From the NCBI RefSeq assembly GCF_028368995.1, contig NZ_JAQNDL010000001.1:2176001-2240000 (forward strand): DNA of 64,000 nt, read 5' to 3'. The notes under the pieces were generated by a model that made no database searches, was not told the origin of the DNA, and saw nothing but the letters and a program-made list of their open reading frames with translations. Of the stretch, positions 10,405 through 20,849 are shown one piece after another. The DNA comes from Nannocystis bainbridge. GTDB lineage: Bacteria; Myxococcota_A; Polyangia; Nannocystales; Nannocystaceae. The position numbers and the translations under genes are program-made. Numbering within the stretch: the stretch's first letter is position 1; every line of letters begins with the position of its first letter.

Positions 10405-11367
10405 TCAGCCGTTTCGCAGCTGCGGCAGCACCTTCGCCGCGAAATCATCGATGAAGCGCCCCTGCTCGCCGCCCACCTGATGCAGCGACACCAGATCGAT
10501 CCCCAGCTCGGCGTCTTTGGCCAGCCACTCGGCGTGTTGCGAAAGATCGGCCGCCACCCGCACCGGCCCGCGGATCGCCTCCGGCGTCACGAACTCGGCA
10601 GCCGCCTCGAATTGCCCCGGCGTGCGCAGCTCGGCCAGCACCTCGCTGGCGAGCACATTGGTGCGCCACTGCGCCCACGCCTCGTGCAGTGCCGTCGCCT
10701 CGTCGCGCGCGTACGCCAGCTGCACCTTGAGGTGGACCGGCTTGCCGGCGCCGCCGCCCTCGCGGAACGCCTCGATCACCCGCGCGTGCCCCTGGTCCGG
10801 CTGCGCCGCCGTGATCAGCCCATCGGCCCAGCCGCCCAGCCAGCGCGCCGTCGCGGCCGTCATCGCCGCCCCGAACAGCGCCGGCCGCTCGCGCGGTCGC
10901 GTGTAGAGTTGCGCCGCTTCGACCTGCACCAGCCCGCGGTGCGTCACCGTCTCACCGGCCCACAGCGCGCGCATCACCTCCGCGCATTCGCGCAGGCGCT
11001 CGTTGCGGCGCTGCTTGAGCGGCCACGGCTCGCCGGTGATGCCCTCGTTGAGCAGCTCGCCGCTGCCGATCGCCAGCCAGAAGCGCCCGGGGAACAGCTC
11101 GAGCAGCGTCGCCACCGCCTGCGCGTGCACGGCCGGGTGGTAGCGCTGACCCGGCGCCGTCACCACCCCGAAGCCGCACGACGTCGCCTGCAGCGCCGCG
11201 CCGAGCCACGTCCACGCGTGACCGCTGTGGCCCTGGCGCTCGTTCCACGGGTGAAAATGATCCGAGCAGGTCACCGCGTCGAAGCCGGCCGCCTCGGCCC
11301 GCCGCGCCAGCGCCAGCAGCTCGCTCGGCGCAAATTGCTCGTGAGAGCAGTGATACGCCAGCCTCAT
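10405..11367 (-). CDS. LLM-class (luciferase-like, FMN/F420) oxidoreductase
   Basis: MRLAYHCSHEQF, SDHFHPW, RYHPAV, GSGELLNE. Confidence 0.9.
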   Translation of the reverse strand: MRLAYHCSHEQFAPSELLALARRAEAAGFDAVTCSDHFHPWNERQGHSGHAWTWLGAALQATSCGFGVVTAPGQRYHPAVHAQAVATLLELFPGRFWLAIGSGELLNEGITGEPWPLKQRRNERLRECAEVMRALWAGETVTHRGLVQVEAAQLYTRPRERPALFGAAMTAATARWLGGWADGLITAAQPDQGHARVIEAFREGGGAGKPVHLKVQLAYARDEATALHEAWAQWRTNVLASEVLAELRTPGQFEAAAEFVTPEAIRGPVRVAADLSQHAEWLAKDAELGIDLVSLHQVGGEQGRFIDDFAAKVLPQLRNG

Positions 11368-13829
11368 CGCGCCTCCAGGCACTCGCCGAGCTTGCGCGCG
11401 CTGGCCGGCGCGACCGCGAACGTGCGCCGCGCCCCCGGCTGGACCGTCTCCGCCTGCCCGTCGATGCGCACCGTCACCGGGTGCTCCGCGTCGTCGTCGA
11501 CCTGCACCGTCACCCCGTCGTTGCGGACCGTCAGCGACACCCACGCGCAGCGGTGGCGCACGCGGAACGACACGCTCTTCAGCTCGTCCGGCAGCGCCGG
11601 CCGCAGCCACAGCGCCCCGTCGCGCGCCTCGAGCCCGGTGTAACAGCGCTGGAAGATGTCGATCGTGCCCGCCATCGCCCCGAGGTGCACCCCCTCCTCC
11701 GTCGTCCCGCCCTGGATGTCGCCCAGATCGCTGCCCAGCGCCTCGCGCAACATCTGCCACGAGTGCGCCGGATCGCAGCGCGCCAGCACCCACGCGTGGA
11801 CCACCCGGCTCAGCGTCGACCCGTGCGACGTGCGCCGCAAATAATAGCGGGCGTTGACCGCCAGCATCGCGTCGTCCCACGCGTAGCCCAGGCCGGTGAA
11901 GATCGCGCGCAGCTCCTCCGGCGCCAGCAGGTAGAACAGCATCAACACGTCGGCCTGCTTCGACACCTTGTAGCGATTGGCCGTGTCGCCCTCGGCCTCG
12001 AGGATGTTGTCGAGCCGGTGGATGTCGTCGCGGTAGCGGGCGCGGTACAGGTCCCAGTCGAACTCGGCCAGCCGCTCGTAGCCCTCGAATTGACTGATGA
12101 GCCCCTCGCCGTGGAACGGCACGAACATCCGCCGCGTGATGTCCTCCCAGGTCCGCAGCTCGTCGGCGCCGAGCCCCAGCCGGTCCACCAGCAATTGTCG
12201 CGCCCCCTCCGGCAGCAGCGCCAGCGCCTCGCGGGCCCGCAGCAGCGTCCACACCGCCATCACGTTGGTATAGGCGTTGTTGTCGACCCCGGGCCGGGCG
12301 GCCTCGGGGTACGCGTCGTGGAACTCGTCCGGCCCGCCGACCCCGCGGATCACGTAGCGCTCGCGCGCCGGCTCGAACTGCGCCGCGCTGGCCCAGAACC
12401 GCGCCACCTCGACCAGCATCTCGGCCCCGTGCTCGGCCATGAATTCGCGGTCGCCGGTGATCTCGTAATAATGCCAGACGTTGTAGGCCACCGCCGCGCC
12501 GATGTGCCGCTGCAGTCGGCTGTTGTCGGCGATCCACCGGCCCGAGCGCGTGTTCTTGCGCCGCGGCTCGCTGACCTCGCGGCCGTCGCTGGCGCTGCGC
12601 CACGGGAACATCGCCCCGCGCAGCCCGGCCGCCCGCGCCGCGGCCCGCGCCGCCGGCAGGCGCCGGAATCGATAGAGCAGCAGCGAGCGCGCCAGCTCGG
12701 GCAGGCGATACGCGAGCACCGGGAACACGAACAGCTCGTCCCAGAACACGTGCCCGCGATACCCCTCACCGTGCCAGCCACGCCCGGGGATCCCCGCGTC
12801 GAGCCCGATCGTGTGCGGCGAGACCGTCTGCAGGATGTGAAACAGGTGCAGCCGCAGCGTCGTCGTCGTCGATTGCTCGTCCTCGACCTCGACGTCGAAG
12901 CGGTCCCACAGCTCGGCCCACGCCCGCGTGTGCGCCGGCAGCAGCGCCGCGAAGTCCGGGGCCCCGGCGACCGCGCTGGCGGCCGCGTCGAGCGGCTCGC
13001 GGATCGTGCGATCGTGGCGGGCGTACAGCGCGGCGATCTTCTCGAGCGTGACGCTGCCGCCGGTCTCCAGCGCGGCGCAGGTGTGGAGCCCGACCCTGCG
13101 CGCCCCGTCGGCCAGCGGCGCCAGCGGCTCGACCTCGCCGCCCTCGACCAGCACGCGCGTGCGCGTCGCGACCGCGAACTCGAGCCGCGAGCCGCAGGTG
13201 CGAGCCCGCAGCGTCAGCACGCCCGCCCCCGGCGCCGCGACCTCGAATTGCTCGAGGTGCTCGCCGTCGGCCCCGCGGTACTCCTCGGCGTTGGCGTTCG
13301 TCACCTGTCCGTCGAGCCAGGAGCGCAGGCGGACCCGCGCTCCCGCGCCCGCGAGCTCGAGCCGAAGCTGCTGCGCCGCCAGGTGCGGCATGCCGAGGTG
13401 CACCAGCCGCTGCTCGTGCAGCGTCGCGCGCAGGCCGTCGACCTCGAAGCGAATCGTGCGGACCAGCAGGCCGCGCCGCAGATCCAGCTCCTGCCGATAT
13501 TCACGCACGGTCACCCGCTCGGGCGAGAACCAGTCGCCGTCGCCGAGGCCGACGTCGATCCGCAACCAGTTCGGGAGATTGACGAGACCCTCGTGCGCGA
13601 GCGGCTCGCCGTCGACGACGCTGGTCTTGTGATTGTAGAGCCCCGCGCGGTACGTGCCCGGATAGTGCGACTCGCCCGCGACCGCCCACGGGGCCGCCGC
13701 GCGCGTCACGAAATGCCCGTTGCCGAGCGCGCACAGCACCTCGCGCTGGCCCTCGCGCTCGCGCTCGAACGACTCGTAGACGATCGACCACGGCGCCAGC
13801 CGGGCCCCGTCGCGCTCGTGCGGGCTCAA
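11364..13829 (-). CDS. Glycoside hydrolase family 65 (trehalose/maltose/kojibiose phosphorylase-like)
   Basis: LGNGHF, GEGYRGHVFWDE, GPDEFH, KQADVLML, HGSTLS; TTG start overlaps the ribokinase stop. Confidence 0.9.
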   Translation of the reverse strand: MSPHERDGARLAPWSIVYESFEREREGQREVLCALGNGHFVTRAAAPWAVAGESHYPGTYRAGLYNHKTSVVDGEPLAHEGLVNLPNWLRIDVGLGDGDWFSPERVTVREYRQELDLRRGLLVRTIRFEVDGLRATLHEQRLVHLGMPHLAAQQLRLELAGAGARVRLRSWLDGQVTNANAEEYRGADGEHLEQFEVAAPGAGVLTLRARTCGSRLEFAVATRTRVLVEGGEVEPLAPLADGARRVGLHTCAALETGGSVTLEKIAALYARHDRTIREPLDAAASAVAGAPDFAALLPAHTRAWAELWDRFDVEVEDEQSTTTTLRLHLFHILQTVSPHTIGLDAGIPGRGWHGEGYRGHVFWDELFVFPVLAYRLPELARSLLLYRFRRLPAARAAARAAGLRGAMFPWRSASDGREVSEPRRKNTRSGRWIADNSRLQRHIGAAVAYNVWHYYEITGDREFMAEHGAEMLVEVARFWASAAQFEPARERYVIRGVGGPDEFHDAYPEAARPGVDNNAYTNVMAVWTLLRAREALALLPEGARQLLVDRLGLGADELRTWEDITRRMFVPFHGEGLISQFEGYERLAEFDWDLYRARYRDDIHRLDNILEAEGDTANRYKVSKQADVLMLFYLLAPEELRAIFTGLGYAWDDAMLAVNARYYLRRTSHGSTLSRVVHAWVLARCDPAHSWQMLREALGSDLGDIQGGTTEEGVHLGAMAGTIDIFQRCYTGLEARDGALWLRPALPDELKSVSFRVRHRCAWVSLTVRNDGVTVQVDDDAEHPVTVRIDGQAETVQPGARRTFAVAPASARKLGECLEAR

Positions 13830-14779
13830 GACCGCCGCTCCCGGCCTCCACGCGCCCGCTCGACCGCCCCGCGATCGGGGTACGCCTGCTGCGACCCGTA
13901 GGCCGTCACCGCCAGGCTCGACACCGCCGCCGCGAACTTGACCGCCTGCAGCAGCTCCTGCCGCTCGAGCAGCGCCACCCCGAGCGCCCCCGCGAACGCG
14001 TCGCCCGCCCCCGTCTTGTCGACCACCGGCACCGCCAGCGGCCGCACGATCTCCTGCTGGTCCGCCGTCACCAGCGCCGTCCCGCCGGCGCGCAGCTTGA
14101 CGCACGCGACCGCGACCCCGCGGGCCAGCAGCTGCTCGCCGGCGCGAATCGCATCCTCGTCGGTCTGGACGTCGAGCCCGATGAGCCCGCGCGTCTCCTC
14201 GGGGTTGGGGGTGACGACATCGATCATGGCGTAGAGGTCGTCCTCCATGTTGCCGGCCGGCGACGGATCGAGCACCACCTTGAACCCTCGCTCACGCGCC
14301 GCTTTGGCGGCCGCGCGCACGACGTCGATCGGCACCTCGAGGTCGACGGTCAGCACCGAGCCCGCCGGCGCCGCCGCGATGACCTTCACCACCGCCTCGG
14401 CGTCGCCGGCCTGCCACGCCTCGTTGGCGTTCGCCGCCAGCAGGATGGTCTTGTCGCCGTCGTCGTCCCGCACCACGATCATCGCCAGCGCCGTCGCCTG
14501 CCCGGCGACCCGCTTCACGTGCGAGACGTCGACCCCGACCTCCCGCGGCCCGCGCAGCACCTCGTCGGCGAAATCGTCGTCCCCGACATGACCCAAAAGA
14601 CAGGCATTTACGCCGAGCCTCCGGCCCAGGAACGCGCGATTGGCCGCCTTGCCCCCGCCCGTGCGCAGCAGGTCGCGGACCGGCAACGTCTCGCCCGGCC
14701 CGGGCCAGCGGTCGGCGCGGACCTGCAGGTCGAGGTTGATGCTACCCAGCGCGAGCAACAGCGGTGAATCGTTCGTCAT
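13826..14779 (-). CDS. rbsK: Ribokinase / PfkB-family sugar kinase
   Basis: GSINLDL, GGKAAN, VGDDDF, VDKTGAGDAF. Confidence 0.85.
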   Translation of the reverse strand: MTNDSPLLLALGSINLDLQVRADRWPGPGETLPVRDLLRTGGGKAANRAFLGRRLGVNACLLGHVGDDDFADEVLRGPREVGVDVSHVKRVAGQATALAMIVVRDDDGDKTILLAANANEAWQAGDAEAVVKVIAAAPAGSVLTVDLEVPIDVVRAAAKAARERGFKVVLDPSPAGNMEDDLYAMIDVVTPNPEETRGLIGLDVQTDEDAIRAGEQLLARGVAVACVKLRAGGTALVTADQQEIVRPLAVPVVDKTGAGDAFAGALGVALLERQELLQAVKFAAAVSSLAVTAYGSQQAYPDRGAVERARGGRERRS

Positions 14780-14826
14780 CGTGAAATCACCACAGGCGAA
14801 CCCCTCGCGGCGCGAGGGAGGGGAGG

Positions 14827-15204
14827 TCAGGCCGGGAACGCGATCGTCGTGATCAGCGCATTCTCGGCCTGCCGCGAATCGAGGCGCGTGTGCTGGACCA
14901 CGATCGGCTGGTCCGACTCGATCACGCACGAGAAATCGGTGCCCAGCGGGATCGGCTCCGGATCGTTCAAATCGTTGAAGCGCACGTGGCGGGTCCGCCG
15001 GGCCGGCACCGTCACCTCGTAGGGCCCGGCCGGCTCGCGGTCGGCGAAGTAAATCGTGAATCGCACGTGGGCGTCGTGGCCCGAGGCGTTGAGGATCGAA
15101 GCCGTCTCGTGGCTCGTCATCTCCGGCTCGGGTCCGTGACTCTCCCGGGGGATGTACCCGTCGGCGATGGCCCAGCGACGATGACCCAGCGGTGTCTCGC
15201 TCAC
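14827..15204 (-). CDS. Anabaena sensory rhodopsin transducer (ASRT) family protein
   Basis: GHRRWAIADGYIP...SHETASILN...VPARRTRHVRFNDL...IVVQHTRLDSRQAENAL. Confidence 0.85.
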   Translation of the reverse strand: MSETPLGHRRWAIADGYIPRESHGPEPEMTSHETASILNASGHDAHVRFTIYFADREPAGPYEVTVPARRTRHVRFNDLNDPEPIPLGTDFSCVIESDQPIVVQHTRLDSRQAENALITTIAFPA

Positions 15205-15446
15205 GCAGGCACCGTGAGCGGTGTGCTCGCCCTGCGCAAGCCCGCGGCCGCCACGGCTCGGACCGGCGGGTGCTCCATTCATCCTACACGGCCGAGCCCG
15301 CTGCCGTCGCGGCGAATCCGCGCCTGGCCGCGGCTCCTGCGCGACAATCTCCGCAGCGCGTCCGGGAGCCCGCGTCGTCCCGCCATTCGGCCCGCCTGCG
15401 GTGCGAGCATTGAACGCGCCCTGCCCTTCGCCCAGCCTCGCCGCGC

Positions 15447-16568
15447 ATGACCGCAAAGACACCCAGCAAAAAGGCCCGTTACGCCGTGGTCGGCGCCGGC
15501 AACATCGCCCAGGTCGCAGTGTTGCCGGCCTTCGCCAACGCCGGCGAGAACTCCGAGCTGGTCGCGCTCGTCTCCGGCGACCCGATCAAGCGCGAGGCCC
15601 TGCCCGAGCGCTACGCCAGCATCGAGCACCTCGGCGACTACGACCAATTCGAGGCCGTGCTGCAGCGCGCCGGCGTCGACGCCGTGTTCATCGCCACCCC
15701 CAACACCCACCACCGCGAGTTCACCGAGCGCGCCGCGCGGATCGGCGTCCATGTCCTGTGCGAGAAGCCGATGGCGCCGACCGTCGCCGACTGCGAGGCC
15801 ATGATCGCCGTCTGCCGCGAGCACCGCGTCAAGCTCATGATCGCCTACCGCCTCCACTTCGAGGCCGCCAACCTGCAGGCCATCGAGGCCCTCAAGGACG
15901 GCAAGATCGGCGACCCGCGGATGTTCAGCTCGCTGTTCACCCAGCAGGTCCGGCCCGGCGACATCCGCACCCGCCGCGAGCTGGCCGGCGGCGCCCTCCT
16001 CGACCTCGGCGTCTACCCGATCAACGCCGTGCGCTACCTGTTCCGCGAGGAGCCGACCGAGGTCCTCGCCGCCGTGTCGAGCAGCGGCGACGCCCGCTTC
16101 GACGGCGTCGACGAGACCACCACCGCGATCCTCCGCTTCGCCAGCGGCCGCGTCGCCCAGCTCACCGTCAGCCTCGGCGGCTCGTCGGCCGGCTATTACC
16201 GCGTCGTCGGCACCGAGGGCGACCTCCACGCCGAGCCGATCTACGACTACGAGCAGGGCCTCGAGCTCGCCATCACCACCGAGGGCAAGCGCAGCGAGCA
16301 AAAATTCCCCAAGCGCGATCAGTTCGCCCCCGAGCTGCTCGAGTTCTCGCGCTGCGTGCTCGAGGATCGCGAGCCCGAGCCGTCGGGCGAGGAGGGCCTG
16401 GCCGACCTCCGCGTGGTCGAGGCGATCTTCGAGTCGGCCCGCAGCGGTCGCGCCGTGCAGCTGCCCCCGTGGTCGCGGGCCCAGCGGCCCGACGCCACGC
16501 AGGAGCACAAGAGGCCGCCCGTCGACCCGCCCGAGCCGATCCGCGCCCCCTCGCCGACGATCCGCTGA
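15447..16568 (+). CDS. Gfo/Idh/MocA oxidoreductase (glucose-fructose oxidoreductase-like)
   Basis: YAVVGAGNIA, HVLCEKPM, GGALLDLGVYPIN. Confidence 0.92.
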   Translation: MTAKTPSKKARYAVVGAGNIAQVAVLPAFANAGENSELVALVSGDPIKREALPERYASIEHLGDYDQFEAVLQRAGVDAVFIATPNTHHREFTERAARIGVHVLCEKPMAPTVADCEAMIAVCREHRVKLMIAYRLHFEAANLQAIEALKDGKIGDPRMFSSLFTQQVRPGDIRTRRELAGGALLDLGVYPINAVRYLFREEPTEVLAAVSSSGDARFDGVDETTTAILRFASGRVAQLTVSLGGSSAGYYRVVGTEGDLHAEPIYDYEQGLELAITTEGKRSEQKFPKRDQFAPELLEFSRCVLEDREPEPSGEEGLADLRVVEAIFESARSGRAVQLPPWSRAQRPDATQEHKRPPVDPPEPIRAPSPTIR

Positions 16569-16688
16569 TTCGTCCGCGACGGCCCCACGCGCGCCTCGCA
16601 GCGCGCCCGGGCCCGCGCGTGCGTCGACGCAGTCCTGCTGGCGGCGCGAGGGCTTGCGCCGCCGGGGCCGACGGCGGTCAATCGCGGC

Positions 16689-18572
16689 ATGCATCGATTC
16701 AGCCTACCCCTCACCGCGGCCGCGCTCGTCCTCGTCGGCTGCGGCGGCGACGACTCCGCCGTGTCCGCCAGCCAGACCGACGGCAGCACCGCGACCGCGA
16801 CGGCCCCCGCGACCGACACCCAGGGCCCCACCTCGACCGAGGCCGCACCGACCTCCTCGACCACCGAGGCCAGCGGCACCGCCGGCGCCAGCGACTCGAC
16901 CACGACGTCCTCCACCACCGCCAGCTCCGACACCACCTCGCCCACCGGCACCGGCGTCGTCACGGCCAGCGACCCCTCCACGAGCACCACCGGCACCACC
17001 CAGCCCTGCCTCTGCGTCCCCGGCGAGCTCGCCGGCTGCGACCGCGACGGCCAGCAGCTCGTGTGTCAGGACGACTGTCAGACCCTCGATCCCGAGCCGT
17101 GCCCCGGCGGCGGCGCCTGCATCGACGGCGCCTGCTCGACCGACCTCTGCAAGCCCGGGCAAAAGGTCTGCGAGGGCGAGGACGCCTACAAAGAATGCAA
17201 CGACCAGGGCGACGGCTGGCAGCCCCCCGTCGATTGCGCGCTCGAGGAGACCTGCGCCGGCGGCCAGTGCCTCTCGCTGTGCAGCCTCGCCGAGGAGACC
17301 CCCAGCTCGGTCGGCTGCTCCTTCTTCGCGGTGCGCCAGGACAACTACGATTACGAGCAGGTCGACTCGCTGGTGGTCGGCAACACCTCCAAGACCAAGA
17401 CCGCCTCCGTCCAGCTCTACTTCACCCCCGACGGCACCAACAACGAGCAGCCCTCCGGCATGCCCGCCAACCTCCTCCCGGGCGTCACCCTCGAGTTCCA
17501 GCTCACCAACCAGCCCTTCATGAAGGTCAGCGCCCTGCGCAAGGGCGGCGTCTACCGCGTCCAGAGCACCATCCCGATCGTCGCCTATCAACATTCGCCG
17601 ATCACCGCCCAGGCCACCAACGACTCGTCGATGCTGCTGCCCGAGCACGCCCTGCGGCAGGACCACGTCATCACCGCCTATGGTGACACCGTCGGCGGCG
17701 AGGACCGCCCCAGCTACTTCAACGTCGTCGCCACCACCGACGGCACCACCGTCCAGTGGACCCCGCCGATCGGCACCGTCGCCGGCGCCGGCGTGCCGGG
17801 CGTCGCCGCCAACCAGACCGGCAGCGTCATGATGAACCGCTTCGACGTCATGCAGGTCCGCGCCCCCAACGACGCCGACCTGTCCGGCACCTTCGTGCAC
17901 GCCGACAAGCCGATCTGGGTCATCGGCGCCGTCAACTGCGCCAACGTCCCCGCCAACGTCTTCTTCTGCGACCACCTCGAGGAGCAGGTCATCCCGCTCG
18001 ACTATTGGGGCAAGCAGTACATCGGCGCCCACTCGCCCAAGCGCGGCTCCGAGAAGCACTACTGGCGCGTCTACGCCGGCGAGGACCAGACCACGATCAC
18101 CACCACCCCGGTCCAGGCCGGCACCCCCTTCGTGCTCAACAAGGGCCAGTGGAAGGAGCTCGTGATCCCCAACAACACCAGCTTCGTGTTCGACGGCGAC
18201 AAGCCGTTCATGCCCGTGCAATACCTCGAGGGCGAGGGCGGCGGCGCCGGCACCGGCGACCCCGCCATGTACCAGATGGTCCCGGTCGAGCAGTTCCTCG
18301 ACCGTTATGCCTTTGTCACCGGCACCGGCTACTCCATCCATTATGCCCAGATCATCCGCCTCGCCGGCAACCCCGACGTCGTCATCGACGGCCAGACCGT
18401 CACCGGCTACTACGCCGTCGGCGGCTACGAGGTCGCCGACTTCCCGATCGACGAGGGCGCCCACCTGGCCGAGAGCGACGCCCCGTTCGGCATCCTCAAC
18501 ATCGGCTACACGCCGGTGACGTCGTACGCGTACCCGGGCGGGCTGAAGCTGAAGATCATCAACCCGCAGTGA
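16689..18572 (+). CDS. Lipoprotein with Ser/Thr linker, Cys-rich repeats and IgGFc-binding-type domain
   Basis: LVGC lipobox; PSSVGCSFFA, NDSSMLLP, CDHLEEQVIP, GDPAM, SYAYPGG. Confidence 0.85.
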   Translation: MHRFSLPLTAAALVLVGCGGDDSAVSASQTDGSTATATAPATDTQGPTSTEAAPTSSTTEASGTAGASDSTTTSSTTASSDTTSPTGTGVVTASDPSTSTTGTTQPCLCVPGELAGCDRDGQQLVCQDDCQTLDPEPCPGGGACIDGACSTDLCKPGQKVCEGEDAYKECNDQGDGWQPPVDCALEETCAGGQCLSLCSLAEETPSSVGCSFFAVRQDNYDYEQVDSLVVGNTSKTKTASVQLYFTPDGTNNEQPSGMPANLLPGVTLEFQLTNQPFMKVSALRKGGVYRVQSTIPIVAYQHSPITAQATNDSSMLLPEHALRQDHVITAYGDTVGGEDRPSYFNVVATTDGTTVQWTPPIGTVAGAGVPGVAANQTGSVMMNRFDVMQVRAPNDADLSGTFVHADKPIWVIGAVNCANVPANVFFCDHLEEQVIPLDYWGKQYIGAHSPKRGSEKHYWRVYAGEDQTTITTTPVQAGTPFVLNKGQWKELVIPNNTSFVFDGDKPFMPVQYLEGEGGGAGTGDPAMYQMVPVEQFLDRYAFVTGTGYSIHYAQIIRLAGNPDVVIDGQTVTGYYAVGGYEVADFPIDEGAHLAESDAPFGILNIGYTPVTSYAYPGGLKLKIINPQ

Positions 18573-18689
18573 CCCGCGCTCGTGTCCCTGCGTGTCGACC
18601 GCGATGAGCAGCCTCGAGCTGCTCGTCGCCATGCTCGAGCTCGGTGCCCTTCTCGATCATGAAGCTCGCCACGAACCGGTACCGGAGCG

Positions 18690-19637
18690 TCACGAGCATA
18701 CCCCGCGCTGCAGTCGGGCCGCGATCGCCTGCAGCGTCGGGGCCAGCTCCGCCGGCTCGAGCAGCGTGAACTCGAGGCCCGCGTGGACGATCAGCGCCGC
18801 CAGCGTCTCGGCCGACTCGGCGCCGATGACGTACACCGCGCTGCTCGCGTCGGACGACTCCAGCAGGCCCGTCCACGGCGGGACGCGCTCGGCGATCTGC
18901 TCCGGCGACCCGTACAGGCGCACCCGCGCCTGGTGCTGGTACGGCGCCACCGCGATCGACCGCGACACGTACGACGCGATGTCCTCCGGCAGTTCGCGCG
19001 GCGTGAATCGGGCCCCGCGGATCAGCTTCGCCGCCACGCGGTCGACCCGGAACGTCCGCAAGCTCTCGCGCCCGAGGTCCCACGCGACCAGGTACCAGAC
19101 CCGGCCGGTGTGCACGAGCCGCAGCGGCTGGACCTGGCGCGTCGTCGACTTCCCGTCCCGGTCGCCGTAATCGAAGCGCAGCTCGACCTCATCGCGGCAA
19201 GCCGCGGCGATCGCCGTCAACGCCCCGAGGTCCGCCGCGGTCCGCCGGTCGAGCAGCGACAGCGTCACCTCCGGCAGCGCGCCCAGGCGACGGCGCAGGC
19301 GCGACGGCAGCAGCTGATCGAGCTTGGCCAGCACGCGCAGCGCCACCGCCTGCAGGTTGGCCACCGTGCCCGCCGCCGCCCCGAGCGCGACGGCCACCGC
19401 CACCGCCTCGTCGTCGTCCAGCAGCAGCGGCGGCGTCCTCGTGCCCGCGCCGAGGCGATAGCCGCCGCCGGGCCCCGAGGACGCCTCGACCGCGTAGCCG
19501 AGCTCGCGCAGTCGATCGACGTCGCGCCGGACCGTGCGCACATCGACCTCGAGCCGCTCGGCCAGCTCGTCGCCCGACCACTCGTGCCGGGCCTGAAGTA
19601 GCGAGAGGAGCCGCAGCACCCGCGTCGAGGCCTTCAC
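18690..19637 (-). CDS. wHTH-WYL-WCX transcriptional regulator (YafY-like)
   Basis: RLLSLLQ, ELAERLEVDVRTVRRDVDRLRELGY, RVWYLVAWD, RTFRVDR. Confidence 0.93.
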   Translation of the reverse strand: MKASTRVLRLLSLLQARHEWSGDELAERLEVDVRTVRRDVDRLRELGYAVEASSGPGGGYRLGAGTRTPPLLLDDDEAVAVAVALGAAAGTVANLQAVALRVLAKLDQLLPSRLRRRLGALPEVTLSLLDRRTAADLGALTAIAAACRDEVELRFDYGDRDGKSTTRQVQPLRLVHTGRVWYLVAWDLGRESLRTFRVDRVAAKLIRGARFTPRELPEDIASYVSRSIAVAPYQHQARVRLYGSPEQIAERVPPWTGLLESSDASSAVYVIGAESAETLAALIVHAGLEFTLLEPAELAPTLQAIAARLQRGVCS

Positions 19638-19652
19638 CGCGCCAGGATAATC

Positions 19653-19671
19653 GAGGACCGATCCTGTCCTC
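19653..19671. promoter_or_regulatory. Inverted repeat between the divergent WYL regulator and GFA genes; probable operator
   Basis: GAGGAC-cgatcct-GTCCTC within an 87-bp divergent intergenic region. Confidence 0.55.
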
Positions 19672-19724
19672 AACCCCTGGTATCCCTGGAAGCGCGTCTC
19701 CGACGCGAGAAAGGTTCAAAAAGC

Positions 19725-20159
19725 ATGAGCGACACGACCACGGATGCGGGCGGCGGTTCGAAGCGGACCTACCACGGGAGCTGCGCGTGCCGCAGGGTGC
19801 GCTTCGAGGCGGACATCGACCTCTCGCAGGGCACCGGCAAGTGCAACTGCACGAGCTGCTGGAAGCGGCGCTGGTGGAGCGTCAAGGTCCAGCCGGGCGA
19901 TTTCCGGGCGATGGGCGGCGAGGACGCGCTGAGCAAATACCGCCCGGACGCGACGAGCGGCGGCCACTGCAAGCACTGCGGCGTCACCCCGTACGACTTC
20001 GTCGACGCCGCCGAGTGGAACGAAGGCGCGTACGTCTCGGTCAACATCGCCTGCCTCGACGACCTCGAGCCCGCCGACCTGGTCGCAGCGCCGGTCGTCT
20101 ACATGAACGGCCGCGCCGACGACTGGTGGCACCCGCCCGCCGAGACGCGGCACCTGTGA
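19725..20159 (+). CDS. GFA/CENP-V family Zn-binding protein
   Basis: GSCACRRV, KCNCTSC, HCKHCG, SVNIACLDD. Confidence 0.9.
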   Translation: MSDTTTDAGGGSKRTYHGSCACRRVRFEADIDLSQGTGKCNCTSCWKRRWWSVKVQPGDFRAMGGEDALSKYRPDATSGGHCKHCGVTPYDFVDAAEWNEGAYVSVNIACLDDLEPADLVAAPVVYMNGRADDWWHPPAETRHL

Positions 20160-20242
20160 ATGGGGCGGGCCCGCGGCTCACGTGGCCGCGCGGGCGGGAT
20201 TCGAGCAAACCGCAAAGATGCTCGTCAGGGCGACCCGCAGTC

Positions 20243-20773
20243 CTACCAGTTCGGCACGAGCACGAACACGGCCGGATTCGCGGGGTCGTACGCGACCTCG
20301 ACCGCCCGGTTCACGAACTCCGCCGCGTCGCTCGCCGTGTCGACCAGCGTCGTGAACGGCGCCACCGGCCCGTTCACCCCCACCGCGAGCCTGAGCTTCG
20401 TCGTGGTCACGCGCTGCGCCTGGACCACCCGCGCCTGGGCCCGCGAGCCACGCTCGAGCAGGCCCTGAATCCTGGCGATCGCCCGGCTGCGCCGGCTCAG
20501 GCCGAGGCGGTTAACCGCCACGGCTGTCGCCACCGCGCCGACCATGACGCCGATCCCGACGAACTGCCAGCTCCACCCATTCGCCGCGTTCTCGCCGCCG
20601 AGCGCCGTCGGCACAGGATCGCGTCCGACGGACTCCATCTCAAAACTCCCGAAAAAGCACAGGGCCCCGCCCACCATCACGCCGAGCAATCCGACCCCGA
20701 TCGCCGCGACGAGCACCAGCGCCCTGGACTGCTCCCGGGAGTCGACGATGCGCGCGGCGAGGACCTCGTTCAT
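20243..20773 (-). CDS. Two-TM membrane protein with C-terminal beta domain
   Basis: Two hydrophobic helices, then ARVV...VEVAYDPANP. Confidence 0.65.
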   Translation of the reverse strand: MNEVLAARIVDSREQSRALVLVAAIGVGLLGVMVGGALCFFGSFEMESVGRDPVPTALGGENAANGWSWQFVGIGVMVGAVATAVAVNRLGLSRRSRAIARIQGLLERGSRAQARVVQAQRVTTTKLRLAVGVNGPVAPFTTLVDTASDAAEFVNRAVEVAYDPANPAVFVLVPNW

Positions 20774-20849
20774 CGCCGCCAAGTATAACCCGGCGCGAGG
20801 TCCGTGCCCGCGCACGTTCTCGCGCTTCGACCACGCCTGCTCGGCGCGA

